In this document: piece after piece, positions 23,491-37,120 of the stretch
Layout of the letters: every line of letters starts with the position of its first letter
How positions within the stretch are numbered: position 1 is the stretch's first letter
From: Sphyrna mokarran
Lineage: Eukaryota
NCBI GenBank assembly: GCA_024679065.1
Contig: JAGIQG010000023.1
Location: 32,922,001-32,986,000, forward strand
Reading direction: 5' to 3'
DNA: 64,000 bases
Program-made: the position numbers and the translations under genes
Notes under the pieces: model-generated
Databases searched by the model: none
The model's input: only the letters and a program-made list of their open reading frames with translations
Told to the model about the DNA's origin: nothing

Positions 23491-26400
23491 ACCAGGGCCA
23501 AACGAAATTTAAACATGTCTTCAAATTCATCAATAGCTATAAAATATACAGGCAAATTTCTATTTGTTCCCTTTCTCTCTCGGGAATGACTTTCATCTGC
23601 TCGTTTTCCCATTCAGATTGAAAAACAGGAAGATAGAAAATATCAAAAAAACAATAAAACCTCTACAGCTCACTAGCTACCTAAGGCCTCTCTCATTAAG
23701 AGTACAGGCAGGTTTCAAACCAGGGAAAAATGCTCCTGACCATAACAAATGGAGGCTTTGTTCAATATTTAACTTGGGAAACCTAAGTCAGTTGGAGGGC
23801 TCCAACACGTCATTAATATAGCAATGGAAAATGCATAAGTGCAGGGTAAAGAGTAAACTAACCAGTGACCTCTGAATGAACTGGTGCAATGCACTCCTAA
23901 ATCAGCAACAACCACCATGGAACCCATTCTGGCGAGGCCACTTGGAGTTTGAATGGTCCTATAAACATATCACCACTCACTATGAACAGGTCCTGAGATT
24001 GGGCAAGGGTTTTAGACCTTTACTTGTCACTGGTGTTGGGAGGCAAGAATTAAAATTCCCTGATTTCACCTTGCCTCCAGACCATTTTAGTAGGGGCAAA
24101 ATGGGGAAAAAAATAAGGCTACCTGCTGCATGCAGTGAGTAGCCCACATAGTTCATTAAAGACAAGTTGAGATCAATTAACAATGACCTACTGAGATATT
24201 CTAATTGGCTTCCAGTTTCCCACAGTAGCAAGGACCTGGTGGCCTCCCAGATTTAGAGTGCAGAACTACAGGCAGGCTTAGAAGTCCTCCCTCTCTCCTT
24301 GCCTGCTTACTTTAGTACTACAGCAGCCACAGGCCCCCATATGATGGGGCTGCCTCTCTCAGTGATAAACTGACTGCAAAATACTTTTTTTAAATTTACA
24401 CTTCATGAAGTTGGGGAGCGAGGGAAAATCCATTGTGAAGCGTCCTCTTCTTCCCTTACTTTTCATGGCAGCTTCCAATTTTATTCAGGTTGGAAAGGCT
24501 CCAATTAAAGGCCTGCTGTCTATCCTTAATTAGGACAAAGAATCTGATCATGAAATGACTATGTCGAGTATTCTGATCCCATATTTCAGCCAAACGGAAG
24601 GGCTTGGAACCCCATGGGGAAAACTCCACTCTGAATTTTAACCCTTAGTTACAAACCAAAAGAAGAAAATACCAAGAGAGAGAAATCTATTAGAAATGTT
24701 TACAGCTTACCTTTCTTAATTGCTATATAATTTCTTCTTTTATGTTTTCTGCTTTTCTGTACAAATCTATGAAGTTTGATATCCCATTGGAGGCTGGGTG
24801 GAAAATTATGCCATGCAATAATGGGAAAATGGGATTAGAATAGTTAAGTGGCTAGCCTTTGACTTACACAGATGTGATGGACTGAATGGTCTTTTACTGT
24901 GCTGTATACCTCTATGACTGTGATATGGCACTAGACCACTGGATCAGGGAAATTCCCTGTGCTATCTTTCAGTCAGTGCAAATTGGAGGTGTTACAGTTA
25001 CTTTAGTTACCCAAGCTCATGGGAGGAGGGATGTGGGGGACAGGAGTTAAGGTTGAGGTATGGATGACAGGAACTGGCCCACTTGTGACACTCAATACTC
25101 TGCCATTTGTCAATCTGAGGCAAACTGAATGAAACAAAATTCAATTATTCCCAATCATGCTACTTTCTCCCCCTCCTTTCTACAATGTATAAACATAAAA
25201 CAAAACAATGAAAAATAAAGCAAAATATCATTGTTTGACTGCCATCTGGAAAGCATCCATAGATGTTAAGGATACACTTCAGCCAGGAGAGTGAAACCAA
25301 ATTCGTCTCCAATGCTATTCATGTCTAAACAGCATGATGTCTGAGTGTCACAACTCAAAACAGATCATTTGACTGAAACTACATCAGAACTGGAATTCGA
25401 ATCAACACTATTCATTTTGTTTTATTAATTGACTTCTCCTGAGGCTGTTCCCACTTCAGGAGACTTTTCTACATGTAATCATACGTTCCCCCATTTACCC
25501 AGCTGGAATATTGACCAGGTATGAGCTGGAGGTACGACAGGAGTCCTTAGTCATTAGTGACAAAGAAATTTGCTCCAAAGGCAGCCAGTACCCATTTTAT
25601 TTGCTTCTTCCTTATGGAAATAAGATCCGTCGTTAATGGAAACACATAACCTGCTTCAAGATAATGAATTTGGGATAAAGCCCAGACATCGACTCAATCA
25701 ACATGTTGTCTGCAAAGGGCTGCATGACCAAACTAACCAGTGAGAAATCAGCTCCACTGGCTTGTCTGCAACAATGCCAGCTCGATCCTGCACAACCAAC
25801 AGTCACTGCCACGATATACCAAGTCTACCTCACATTGGTCAGTGAAACATTGCCTGGAGTGTTTGAACATCAACTACTGTAAAGATTAGAACAATTACAA
25901 AGCAACATCATCAGGAATGTTTTGAATTGCAAACACAGAACCTCAGAGGATATAGTCTTTGCTTACCTGCATCAATCACTAGGAAGGGGCTCAATGTTGC
26001 TACTGATATTCTGGAAATTTATCAATTACCTGGTGGAAGAGCCACCTTCAATACAATCCATAGACAACATCATTGCCAGGGGGTGGGGAGCGGGGGGGAT
26101 TGTCCAGTGCTTCAGTTGTGAGTGCAATGCAGAATAACCAGTGTGCAGATTATTTATCAGCAAACTTTTGGGTGAAATCAACATCTGGCATCACAAAGTT
26201 TAACCAATTTGCCATTGTTATTGACTAGTAGTAACACTTCCCTGTTGAATGTGAATGTGAAACAATGTTTCACTTGGCCCTTGTATATGTTATCATCTGA
26301 GCAATGCTAGACCTTGTAGAGCTCGAATAAAGGACCTCTGTCAACATGTTTACTGGCTTAATCCAAACTCAACAAGAAGCTAAGATTCAAAATCACTAGA

Positions 26401-29239
26401 ACGAATTCTACCTCTTTTTGGCAGAGGGCAGCAGCAGCAGGAAAAGCAGCGTTGAAGTCCTGGCACAATGGTGACCTTTTCTGTCATATTGTTAGGAAAA
26501 TAGAGAAAAATCTTTAAGGAGACGGTCCTATGACAGGGTGGGCTCCGCCAGCAATTTGTGCCATGAATTTGTGTCCATGCTGTCTGCAGGTACAAACAGC
26601 AATATGGGCACAAAAAACAATAAGCTCACTAGCACGATCTCATGTTCTGATTCTCTCCATCTTCTGCCAGTGGCATAATGAGGTTCCTGCCCAAGAACAT
26701 TAGGAACTTCATTTTAATAAATTCTGATGTAATTAGCAGACTTTCCTGCCATATCATCTCCCCCACATTTGGAATTCATCCCTCTCTGGTTGATGTCACA
26801 TCATTGAGTTTATAACTGCTTTCAAAAACAGGAATCAAGTGTAGGGACCCAGTGGGAGATATAGGCCCAGAGGAAGAGGGACATGACTGAACAGCACCCA
26901 GCACGAACCTTGGTCCTCTGGAGAGCTCCATTTAGGGTGGGAAGGATTTCCATTTTGTGTGTATCTGCGGGGGTTGCCTGTTTGGGGTAAATGTCTCCTG
27001 TGTCCATCGGATGGTGATCTCCAAATGCATGGGGGAAAGTTACTGTGTTCCTTATTGGTGATCAGGGAGGCCTTTTTATAAAAACACTCAAATCTCAGAA
27101 TTCCAGGCTTTTTTTCTAGCTTTAACCTGCCAGCATCATAGCATGGGCCTCACTTCTACATTTTTTCTGCATATCTGGAGAGAAAAGCATGCAAGCTACA
27201 CATCGGTTTTCTCACCTTAGCCAGTGCTCCATAGGCTTTATATAGTCATAAAGGTTTACAGCTTGGAAACAGACCCTTTAGTCCAACTTGTCCATGCTGC
27301 TCTTTTTTTTAAACCCCTAAGCTCGTCCCAGTTACCCATATTTAGTCCATATCTCTTTACACGGATCTTACCCATGTTTTCTATAAAAATTGGGGTGTTT
27401 CTTTTAAAGACTACCTCAATGCTCAAAAGTTCACTCGAAAACCCATTTCCCCCACCCCCAGTGCATCCCCTACCCAAACAACCACTCCTTCTGGTGCTGC
27501 CCCAGTTTAATTCTCACCCTCTGAACAATGTTTTCACCTGAGTTCCTCTGATAGGCTGCATACTATGACAAACCATTCAAAATTCACACTGGTCTACCGT
27601 CATGTCGATTTGAATGGATTCTTTTATGGGGAAGGGGGAGGGGAGATGATCAGGAATTGAGGCATAATAATGATATTCAGATCTATTTTAATGGTATTCC
27701 CAATATTGCCCATCGGGATTCCCATTATGTTACTGATGGAGTCAATCACTACAAGACTTGCACCAATTAAAATGCAATTTGGACCTTTCATGAGATTGTT
27801 CATTCTTATCATCAAACCCACCTGACAAGAATAGGAACAGAAAATCCCAGCCAATATTTAAATGCATGGATTAAATTCCAATTAGAAACTCAATCTATCA
27901 TATTGCTGTTACTATATAAAATGTAACTTTTTATATAAGCTCTTTGAGGGTTGCCCCTCAGAAACGTGGCAGAAATTGCATGGCCCATGGCTGTTGGTTA
28001 AAATTGGTACTTACCTCCTTGCTCCTCCTTGGAGTAAGCTCCTTGTCGCACTTTTCAGGACCAATAGTGATTGGCATCTACAGACTTCCAACTTGGGGGG
28101 GGGCAGGCAGTTGCAGTAGGAGCATCCCAGAAGGCCATAGCATTCCACTTCAATCCCACTGATGAGAATGAAATGGATACTAATGACTTTTGATCAGGTT
28201 CTCACCTCCCCTAGGAGAGAACCTGATCTCACCAAGGTGATTGGACTTGAGACTGGAATTGGCTTGACGCCCGGTGAAGTCCTCTTTTGCGCTTCACCCC
28301 CAATTCAACAGGCCAGTGGGAATCCCTGCTATTCCGAATGGCTCCGAAGATTCATCTCTCTGATTTCAAAAATAAAGAGTGGGATTTTCTGGCCGCTTTC
28401 AACCCAAGATCTGAAAATCTTGCCCAAGGTCAACAGACCTTTGCATGGTCTGTGTCACGCCTGCTACAATTCCCATGGTGGGTGGGATGGAAAAATTCTG
28501 GAAACACTCAACAAGTCAGGCAGTATTTGTGGAGCAAAAAACAGAATTAACATTTCAGGTCAATTACCTTTCATGAGAACAGGCTGATATTATTGCAATG
28601 GTTTATACAGGAGGAACCCTGAGTTGATTTGCAGCAACCCAGAACTCTGACAAAGGACTCGAAATGTTGGCTCTACTCTCTCCATACAGATGCTGTCAGA
28701 TCTGCTGAGATTTTCCAGCATTTTCTGTTTTTACGTCATGTTTCCTTTCTGTGGAATTTTGTTTTTTTTTCATTCATGACTGCAGTTTAGAAATTCCTAC
28801 ATAAATTCATCCAAGTTGTTTGCTCTGTAATACTTGAGCTATAAGACTTGTTTTCCATATCATAGACCAATCCTCACTATGATTCCAAGGGGATAGCCAA
28901 GTATACAAAAGTTTTCAATCCAGCTGTTTCACCCAGAGAGTCATTTTTCACATGCAGTCGAGTTCTGTGCACTTCAGTGACTGTGTGGTGTTAGCTTTAT
29001 GCTGTTCATTCCAAAAGCAGATAGTTGAACATTTAAGCCTCAGGGCTGACTGTCATTCTAAGTCGGCAGCTGCTTCTGGAAGAAATTTGGGATTGATGAA
29101 TAAGGTGGATTACTTTGGGAAGAGAGAGCCAGGGGAGGAGAGCAAATCCCTCAATCACAAAGACAGTCTGAACCACACTTCTAGGTGGCTAAGCACAGAG
29201 TTATCAGAGATCTGGATATGTCATGTCATAAGACATGGG

Positions 29240-29552
29240 TTGCATGGTGGCACAGTGGTTAGCACTCCTGCCTCACAGCATCAGGGACCTGTGTTCGATT
29301 CCCGGCTTGGGTCACTGTCTGTGTGGAGTTTGCATATTCTCCCCATGTCTATGTGCATTTCCTCTGAGTGCTCCAGGTTCCTCCCACAGCCCAAAAATCT
29401 GCAGGTTAGATGGATTGGCCATCTTAAATTGCCCCATTGTGTCAGGAGGACTAGCTAGAGTAATGGGATATGAGGATAGGGCCTGGGTGGGATTGTGGTC
29501 AGTGCAGACTCAATGGGCTGAATGGCTTCCTTTTGCACTGTAGATTCTATGT
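29240..29552 (+). mobile_element. HE1/V-SINE-like SINE (a 5'-truncated copy follows at ~29925-30125)
   Basis: A box, B box gttcgattcc, core, tail. Confidence 0.88.
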
Positions 29553-30295
29553 CTCACATCATCCCTGTTTGAAAGGAACAAAAGTAATGGCTAGTCAACA
29601 ATTTGGGATGCTTTGGGAAAAGAGAGGATGAAACTTCAAGCTGTAAATGCTTGTGAAATTAGTCAAAAAAGTTTGTAGAAGCACAGAATGGAGGCAATCT
29701 GTACCAGTGCATTGCAATCGATATCCAATTAACTTTGCTTCCTGAAAATTTTATGTACTGTATATACCCAATTTCTTTTCAAATGTTAACATTGCATCTG
29801 CTTTCACCAGCTTTTCAGGTAATGCATTCCAGCTCACAACAATTCCTTGCTTAAAAGGAGATTTTTCATCTACACCTGAGTTATAAAGTAATTTTTTTTA
29901 AAAAACAAATGTAAGGAAGAGTGTGTTTCTTCCGGATGCTCCGGTTTCCTCTCTCAGTCCAAAGATGTGCGGTCAGGTTGATTAGTCATGTTAAATTTCT
30001 CCTAACGTCAGCTGGATTTGCAGAGTAAATAGGTGAGGTTACAGGAATAAGATCTGGGTGGGATTATGGTTGATGCAGATTCGATAGGCTGAATGATCTC
30101 CTTCCACACTGTAGGGATTCAATGAGATATTGGTACATTTTTGAGCTTCATTTGACAGTTCAGTCTTTTAGTTATTCCTTTATTGCATTCCCATTCACAT
30201 CTCACTCAAATTCTTCATGCAACCCACTCTGCAGTATTGGCAAGGTCAATGATCTGAGGCCTTGTCAATACTACTACTTATGGTAGCATGGAGAT

Positions 30296-31140
30296 TTATT
30301 CATGGGATATGGACTTCATTGCAGCAAGGCCAGGATTTACTGCTTATCCCTAGTTGGCCTTGAGAAGATGGTGGTGAGCCACCTTCTTGAACCACTGAGT
30401 TCATGTGTTGTATGTGCACCAACAGTGCTGTGAGGAAGGGAGTTCTTGGTTTTGATCCACAGACAACGAAAGAACAAAGCAGCAAGATATGTGACTTAGA
30501 GGGGAATTTACAAACGGTGGTGTTCTTTTTCCTTTTAAATAGCACAGGCTGTGGATTAGGAAGATGCTGTTGAAGAAGCCATGGCAAGTTGATACAGTGC
30601 ATCTTACAGACTGTACACAATTCTACCAGTGTGCACCAGTGGCTGAGGGATTAAACATTTCATAAAATGTCAAGCTTCTTGAATGTTCTTGGAGCTTCAT
30701 TTGCCTAGACAGATAGAGACTGTTCCTGCATACTCTTTACTTTACTTGTGCCTTGTAGATGATGTAGATGGGCTTTGAGATGACAGACTGCCAAGAATCC
30801 AGCCTCCAAAGACTTCTAAAGCCACAGGAATTCATAGCAAGACTATTTAGGTTTCCCAATGGGGAAATGATGTTAATGTCATTGAATTTCTTGGGAAATT
30901 TCTCTTGTTGGAGATGGTCACTCCCTGACTTATGTAACATGAATATTACTTGTTCCTCATCAACCCAAACCTAATGTTGTGCAGGTCCTGGTTTGTGAGG
31001 GATATTTCATAACTACTTCATTATCTGAGGAATCGAAAATGGACTTGAGAACTGTGTAGTCATGAGTGAACATCTCTACTTGCCTGAGGTTGGAGGGAGA
31101 TAATTGATTAAGTAGCTGAAGGTGCCTGGTCCTAGAAGAT
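30296..31140 (-). mobile_element. Old CR1/L2-group LINE 3' remnant
   Basis: Tail ccttgagaagatggtggtgagccaccttcttgaacc shared with fragments at ~21840-21935 and 49050-49225; decayed RT region upstream. Confidence 0.6.
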
Positions 31141-31571
31141 TGACCTGAAAGATGTCTGCAGCAATCCACAAAAGCAATCCAAAGAGATGTGGCCTGAATT
31201 CTGTGGCCCATCACAGAGGTGGGATTCTCCAGTCCTGCCGGCAATGCACACCTGCCTGCGGGTTCCCCTTCAACAGCAGCAGGGTCACAGAATCCTGCCA
31301 GTAGCAAACAATGCACCACCTCCCACTTGGCAGGGAAACACGGTGCTGGGAGGCTGGAGAATCTCATCCGTGGTCTCTGATATCTCATTAGGCAAACATC
31401 CAGCAACTGTTCAGCATCTCAACCCAGACAGCACAAGTGAAATCAGGAATTGTCAAGTCAGGAATCAAAGAAGCAAATGTACACCCTATGAAGCAACATT
31501 ATACAGTGCTGCCATTTTCAGATTAATCTGCCTTAATTTTTTTATTTGCAACTTGATTAATTAAGGGATGA

Positions 31572-31832
<261 letters not shown>

Positions 31833-33339
31833 TAATTACATACTTTAAGCTGTAATTCCTAAGCTCTCCCATGTCAGATTGTGGGGGTACTCCAACGATA
31901 TGCTGGGAACTTCTTGAAAGTTCCTTCCAGAACTTCACTTGCACACAACTGCCCAAAAGCGCAAACTTCCTCGGGGCAATTGCCCTATGTTGGGAACCAT
32001 CCGAAAATGTGATTTAAATCGCAAACTTCAGATGATTCTGACAGAGTTACACTAATAGTTACTTAGAAAAGGTTAGAAGAATTAAGACCCATTCTAACTT
32101 CTGGGAAATTATTGTAAAGAGTCAGACTGACCACACCCCATCCCAGTTCTTATACTGTCCAGCCTCCCCCAGGGTATTCCTCACCCTAACACCCCCATTG
32201 GATTCCCTCCACCTGCAAGAGCTCTCCCCCCCCCCTCTCCTCCCCACCCCACACACACCACCCACATCTACTAAAGGCCCAGCCCACCATTTACAACATG
32301 ACCTGACCCCCACATCCTGATCTTCACTCTTCATTTCCCAGGCCCAACTCAATCACTCACCCCATACCCATCCCAATCTGACCCATTGTTCCATACCAAG
32401 GCCAACCCAACCCATCCTACCCATGGAGCATGGAGGCCCAATCTCAATTTCCCCAATCTTTGACCACTCCTGACTTCTAAACCCCTGTCCTCCATGCTTC
32501 TCTTCTTGTCAATTTTACTTGCTCTTTAGCTTACCGCAGTTAGTGCCATTATAAAGCATGTATATTTTTAATTCAATGGAGCTCAATTTCAGTGCTGGGC
32601 CTTTGGGTTGGCAGCACTGCCTGAATCCCACCTGGTTTGAATTGAAAGGCTGATGAGATAGGATTGCAAGAAAATTCATGTAAATAATTGGGTACAGAGT
32701 GGCAATACAGTGCTGATTCCCACTCCAAGGGCCTTATACTTTCTTCAGTAAATCCTCTTATATTTTATAAGCTTCCATGTTTGGATACACATTATGCCTG
32801 TTTATTAACTAATTAACAAGGGATTCTGTCCTTCTTTCTCTGACTTCAAGAAAATAATCAACCACTAGAATAATAATTCATGAGAGAATGCGAGACCTAA
32901 AAGGTTAAATTATAACAATGTGTTAAACTTAACTGCTAGTTCTGTAGGAGATTGCGGGGTGAATCTGATAAAGATATTTAAAATGTTAATGGGATTCAGA
33001 AAGGTAGATATGGAGAAATTATTTCCTCTGGTGGGGAAATTAAGAATGAAGGGATATAATTTTAAAATAGGAGAGAAAGCAGAAAGCATTTTATCACACA
33101 AAGATTATTAGAAACTGGAATCCTCTCACTGTGGGATGCTGGATCAATTTCAAAACTGAGATTGTTAGATATTTGTTAATGAAACCTATCGAGCAATATA
33201 GAACAACGGCCGAAATTGGTGTTAATATAGATATCAACCATGGTCTATTTACATATTAGGGCAAAGCTTGAGGGGATGAATGGCTGACTTCACTGAAAGT
33301 GAAACAGGAGTTCACTATCTCTCAGTGTTGATTTTTTTT

Positions 33340-33965
33340 AAATTCATTCGTAGGACATGGGCATTGCAGCACTTATTGCCCATCCCTAATTTCTCTTGTT
33401 CTGAGGGCAGTTGAGAGTTAACCACATTGCTGGAGTTCTGGAGTCACATAGAATCATAGAATTCTACATAGTAGGAATCATAGTAGGAGGACATTTGGCC
33501 TATTGAGTCTGCACCAATCACCCAGGCCCTATCCCCATAACCCCATGCATTTACCCCAGCTAGTCCCCCTATCACTAAGGGACAAATTAGCATGACCAAT
33601 CCTGCTAACACATATCTTTGTGGTGTGGGAGGAAACCGTTGCACCCAGAGGAAAATCACGCAGAAATGGGGAGAATGTGCAAATTCCACATAGACATTGA
33701 CCCAAACCAGGAATCAAACCCAAGGTCCATGACACTGTGAGGCCACTGTGTCATCAGACCGGGCAGATTTCTTTCCCTAAAGAGCTAGATGGGTTTTTCT
33801 GACAATCACAATAGTTTCATGGTCATCAGTCGATTCTTAATTCCAGATTTTTTTTTATTGAATTCAAATTTCACCATATGCTGTGGTGGAATTTGAACCC
33901 TGGTCCCCAGAACATTTGGTGAGTTTCTGGATTAATAGTCCAGCAATAATACCATTAGGGTATCA
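33340..33965 (-). mobile_element. SINE nested in SINE (HE1-like copy ~33445-33750 inside a second-family SINE)
   Basis: Outer element breaks at ggagtcacat (~33450) and resumes at cagaccgggcagattt (~33752). Confidence 0.75.
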
Positions 33966-34019
33966 TCTCCGTATACCTATGACTATTGTTTAACAAAGAA
34001 TATACTGTTTCCCTTCTAT

Positions 34020-34397
34020 GTCCTTTTTCCTTAAATTTATGACACCACAGAACTGTTCTGAAATATTCTGTTCTGCATTTCCATGGATGCAACACCTACA
34101 AGTTGCTATTTTTGAACCAGTGGCTACTGTTCAAAATGGCAGAGGGTATTTGAGGCAGTAATGCTGCTTGTGGATGGCCTCAAGAAATGGATTCTGCAGA
34201 ACTGCATTTGATATTTTGCTGTCCATACCCTAATTTTAAAGAAGCACTCTCAAACACAACTTCTTGTCTGGAAATGATCTTTTCGGCAGAGTGGGAAAAT
34301 CAGTTGGAATCCCCATTGAGTGAACTTTGTAACAGAAGGAAATCTGTTCTTAATATAAAGCTATATGCATTATATCACTAGGGGGTTCCATTACAGC
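34020..34397. repeat. Unclassified ~380-bp repeat; inverted copy at 36106-36885
   Basis: ccagtggctactgttcaaaatggcagag vs ctctgccattttgaactgtagccactgg; atatcactagggggttccatt vs aatggaaccccctagtgatat. Confidence 0.85.
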
Positions 34398-34864
34398 ATC
34401 TGTCTGCATTCACTCCCAATAGAATGAACTCTTCATGGCATTTGAAAACACTTATTTATCCCTTTATTATCACTCCCATAAATATACCTCAAAGAGCTTA
34501 GTATGCAACTAGTTATGAGCAATAATAACTGTTGTTATGTAGCTGAACTGCCTGAGGAGGAGAGGTACTTCCTTGAAGAAATAGAACATTGAAGAGCACG
34601 CAAAGCTGTATCATTCTCCTGATTTTACTACTAATCTGATAGGATGAAGAATCAGGTGATGTAAAAGCTGATTGAGTTGAATTTGAAATAATTTGAACTG
34701 GAAAAAGCTAGCATCAGTAAAAGTGACCATGATGCTACCACATTGTTGTTACAAACCCAACTGGCTGCCAAATGGTATTCAGAGAAGGAAATCTGCCATG
34801 TTACCTGGCTTTGTCCACAGTCTCATATCAGTCTGGTTGACTCTAAACCATCTTCTGTGGTATC

Positions 34865-35185
34865 ATAGAACAGAATCATAGAATCCCTGCAATGCAGAAG
34901 GAGGCCACTTGGCCCAATAAAAACAATGCCACCTAGGCCCTAGCCCCATAACTCCATGTATTTACCCTGTTAATCCCTCTGACACTAAGGGCAATTTAGC
35001 ACAGCCAATCAACCTAACTCGCACAACTTTGGAGTGTGGAAAGAAACTGGAGCACCCGAAGGAAACTCCCACAGGCACAGGGAGAATGTGCAAACTCCAC
35101 ACAGATGGTGACTTGAGGCCAGAATTGAACCCGAGTCCCTGGCACTGTGAGGAAACAGTGTGAACCACTGTGTCATCATACCACC
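34865..35185 (-). mobile_element. HE1/V-SINE-like SINE
   Basis: Reverse-complement core ggagaatgtgcaaactccacacaga and catagaat tail. Confidence 0.88.
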
Positions 35186-35944
35186 CTAGTAAGCCTAGTA
35201 AGTAACTCCATTCTGTCACCACTTTCTCAGCAAGATCTAGAAATGGATAATAAATGCTTGCCTCACTAGTGAGGTCCAGATTCCAGGAATGAATTTTTGA
35301 ACATAGTATGAATCTGCTGGGAGGTAACTTGTCAATCTGTCAGATTTATAAAGTAATGCAGCAAAATAATTTTTTCTCTTTTTTCTGCCTGTCTCACTCA
35401 ACCTTCACAACAAGGCATAATGAATGGGCAAGCAGGCAAGGGGAGATGATAGAGTAATGTTTCTACTCTGGGGACATGGTTCAAATCCCACCATGCAGCT
35501 AATGGAATTTAAATCCAATTAATAAACTGGAGTATCAATCTAGTCTCAGTAATGGTAATATGACAACAATCTGATTGTTATAAAAACCCATCTGATTCAT
35601 TCATGTTCTCTTTTGGGAATAAAATCTGCCATCTTTATCTGGTTCGACCTATATGTGATGCCAGACCCACAGCAATGTGGTTAACATTAAAATGGCCCAC
35701 TAAACAATTTTGTTCAAGGTCAATTAGGGATGGGCAACAATTGTTGGCCTTGACTGTGACACTCCTCCATCCCACGAAAAAATAAATTTTAAAAAGGTTT
35801 CTGCCAATGTCCATTTTCAAATGCCCAAGATGATCAGCCAACAAATCCATCTTATATCAGAAACTGAATACTTGCTCTCAATGAAGATTCTTCAGAGGTC
35901 AGTCACTTGATGTGGATATGAAGTGATATTTTAAATAAGCACCC

Positions 35945-37120
35945 CTGTCTTAGCTGTGATTCAGTGATAGCATTCATACTTCTGAGTAAGGGAGTTGTAT
36001 GTTCAAGTCCCACTCCAGAGGCATGAGCTACTACTTCTGTATGGTATTGAGGGAGTATTGAAAGTCAGAGGAGCTGTCTTTCAGATGGAATGCTAAACCT
36101 ATAACCCTGCAATGGAACCCCCTAGTGATATGATGCAAATAACTCTGTATTAAGAACAGATTTCCCTGCTGTTACGAAGTTTAAAGTTTATTTATTAGTG
36201 TCACAAGTGTGCTTACATTAACACTGCAATGAAGTTACTGTGAAAATCCCCTAGTCGACACACTCCAGCGTCTGTTTGGGTACACTGAGGGAGAATTTAA
36301 CATGGCCAATGCACCTAACCAGCATGTTTGTCAGACTGTGAAAGGAAACCTGAGCACCCAGAGGGAAACCACACAGACACAGAGAGAATGTGCAGACCAT
36401 GTCCCATTCCTAATTGCCCTTGATCTAAATGGCTTGTTGGACTGTTTCAATATTAACCACATTGCTGTGGGTTTGGGGTTTACAAACTAGGGAATCAAAC
36501 TCAGGTTCCTGGAGTGGTGAGGCAGCAATGCTGACTACTGTGCCATACTTGATGGAGAATCCCGCTGGTTCTCCCACTTTGCTGAAAATAGCATTTCCTG
36601 ACAGAAGCTCTGTTAGAGAATGAGCTCTTCAAAATTAGAACATGGATAACAAAACATTAAATGTCATTCTGCAATATCTGTTCCCTGAGCTCATTCAGAA
36701 GCAGCATTACAATACATTCTGTCTCAAATACTCTGCCATTTTGAACTGTAGCCACTGGCCAAAGATTCTGGTAACTACACCACAGCTGTAGGTGCTGCAT
36801 TCAACTACTGCTCCATGGAACAAATATAGCAGAGCAGAATAAATGGGACCTGTTCTGTGGAGTCATTAATTTAAGGAAAAAGAACCATGTCTGCTTTCTC
36901 ATGTGGACATAAAAGATACCAGGGCAATATTTTGAAGAGAATAGGATAATATCTCTCTTCCTAAAACAGATAATTTGGCCATTATCATACTTTTGTTTAT
37001 GGGATCATGCTGGGTCACATTTTCTACACTACAGTGTAGTTTCTGTGGTTTCCTTCAGTGACTACATTCATAAGTACTTTAGAATATTGTGTGATATATA
37101 AATTCAAATTATTTCTTTTT
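35945..37120 (+). mobile_element. DeuSINE-type SINE split at ~36105/36887 by nested insertions
   Basis: 5' part has gttcaagtcccactccaga and gagggagtattg; 3' part resumes with gtggacataaaagatacc. Confidence 0.65.

Noticed and set aside
34020-36885. A single 2.9-kb DNA transposon with ~300-bp TIRs
   Set aside because: The right arm lies inside an insertion that splits a DeuSINE, so the arms are separate copies.
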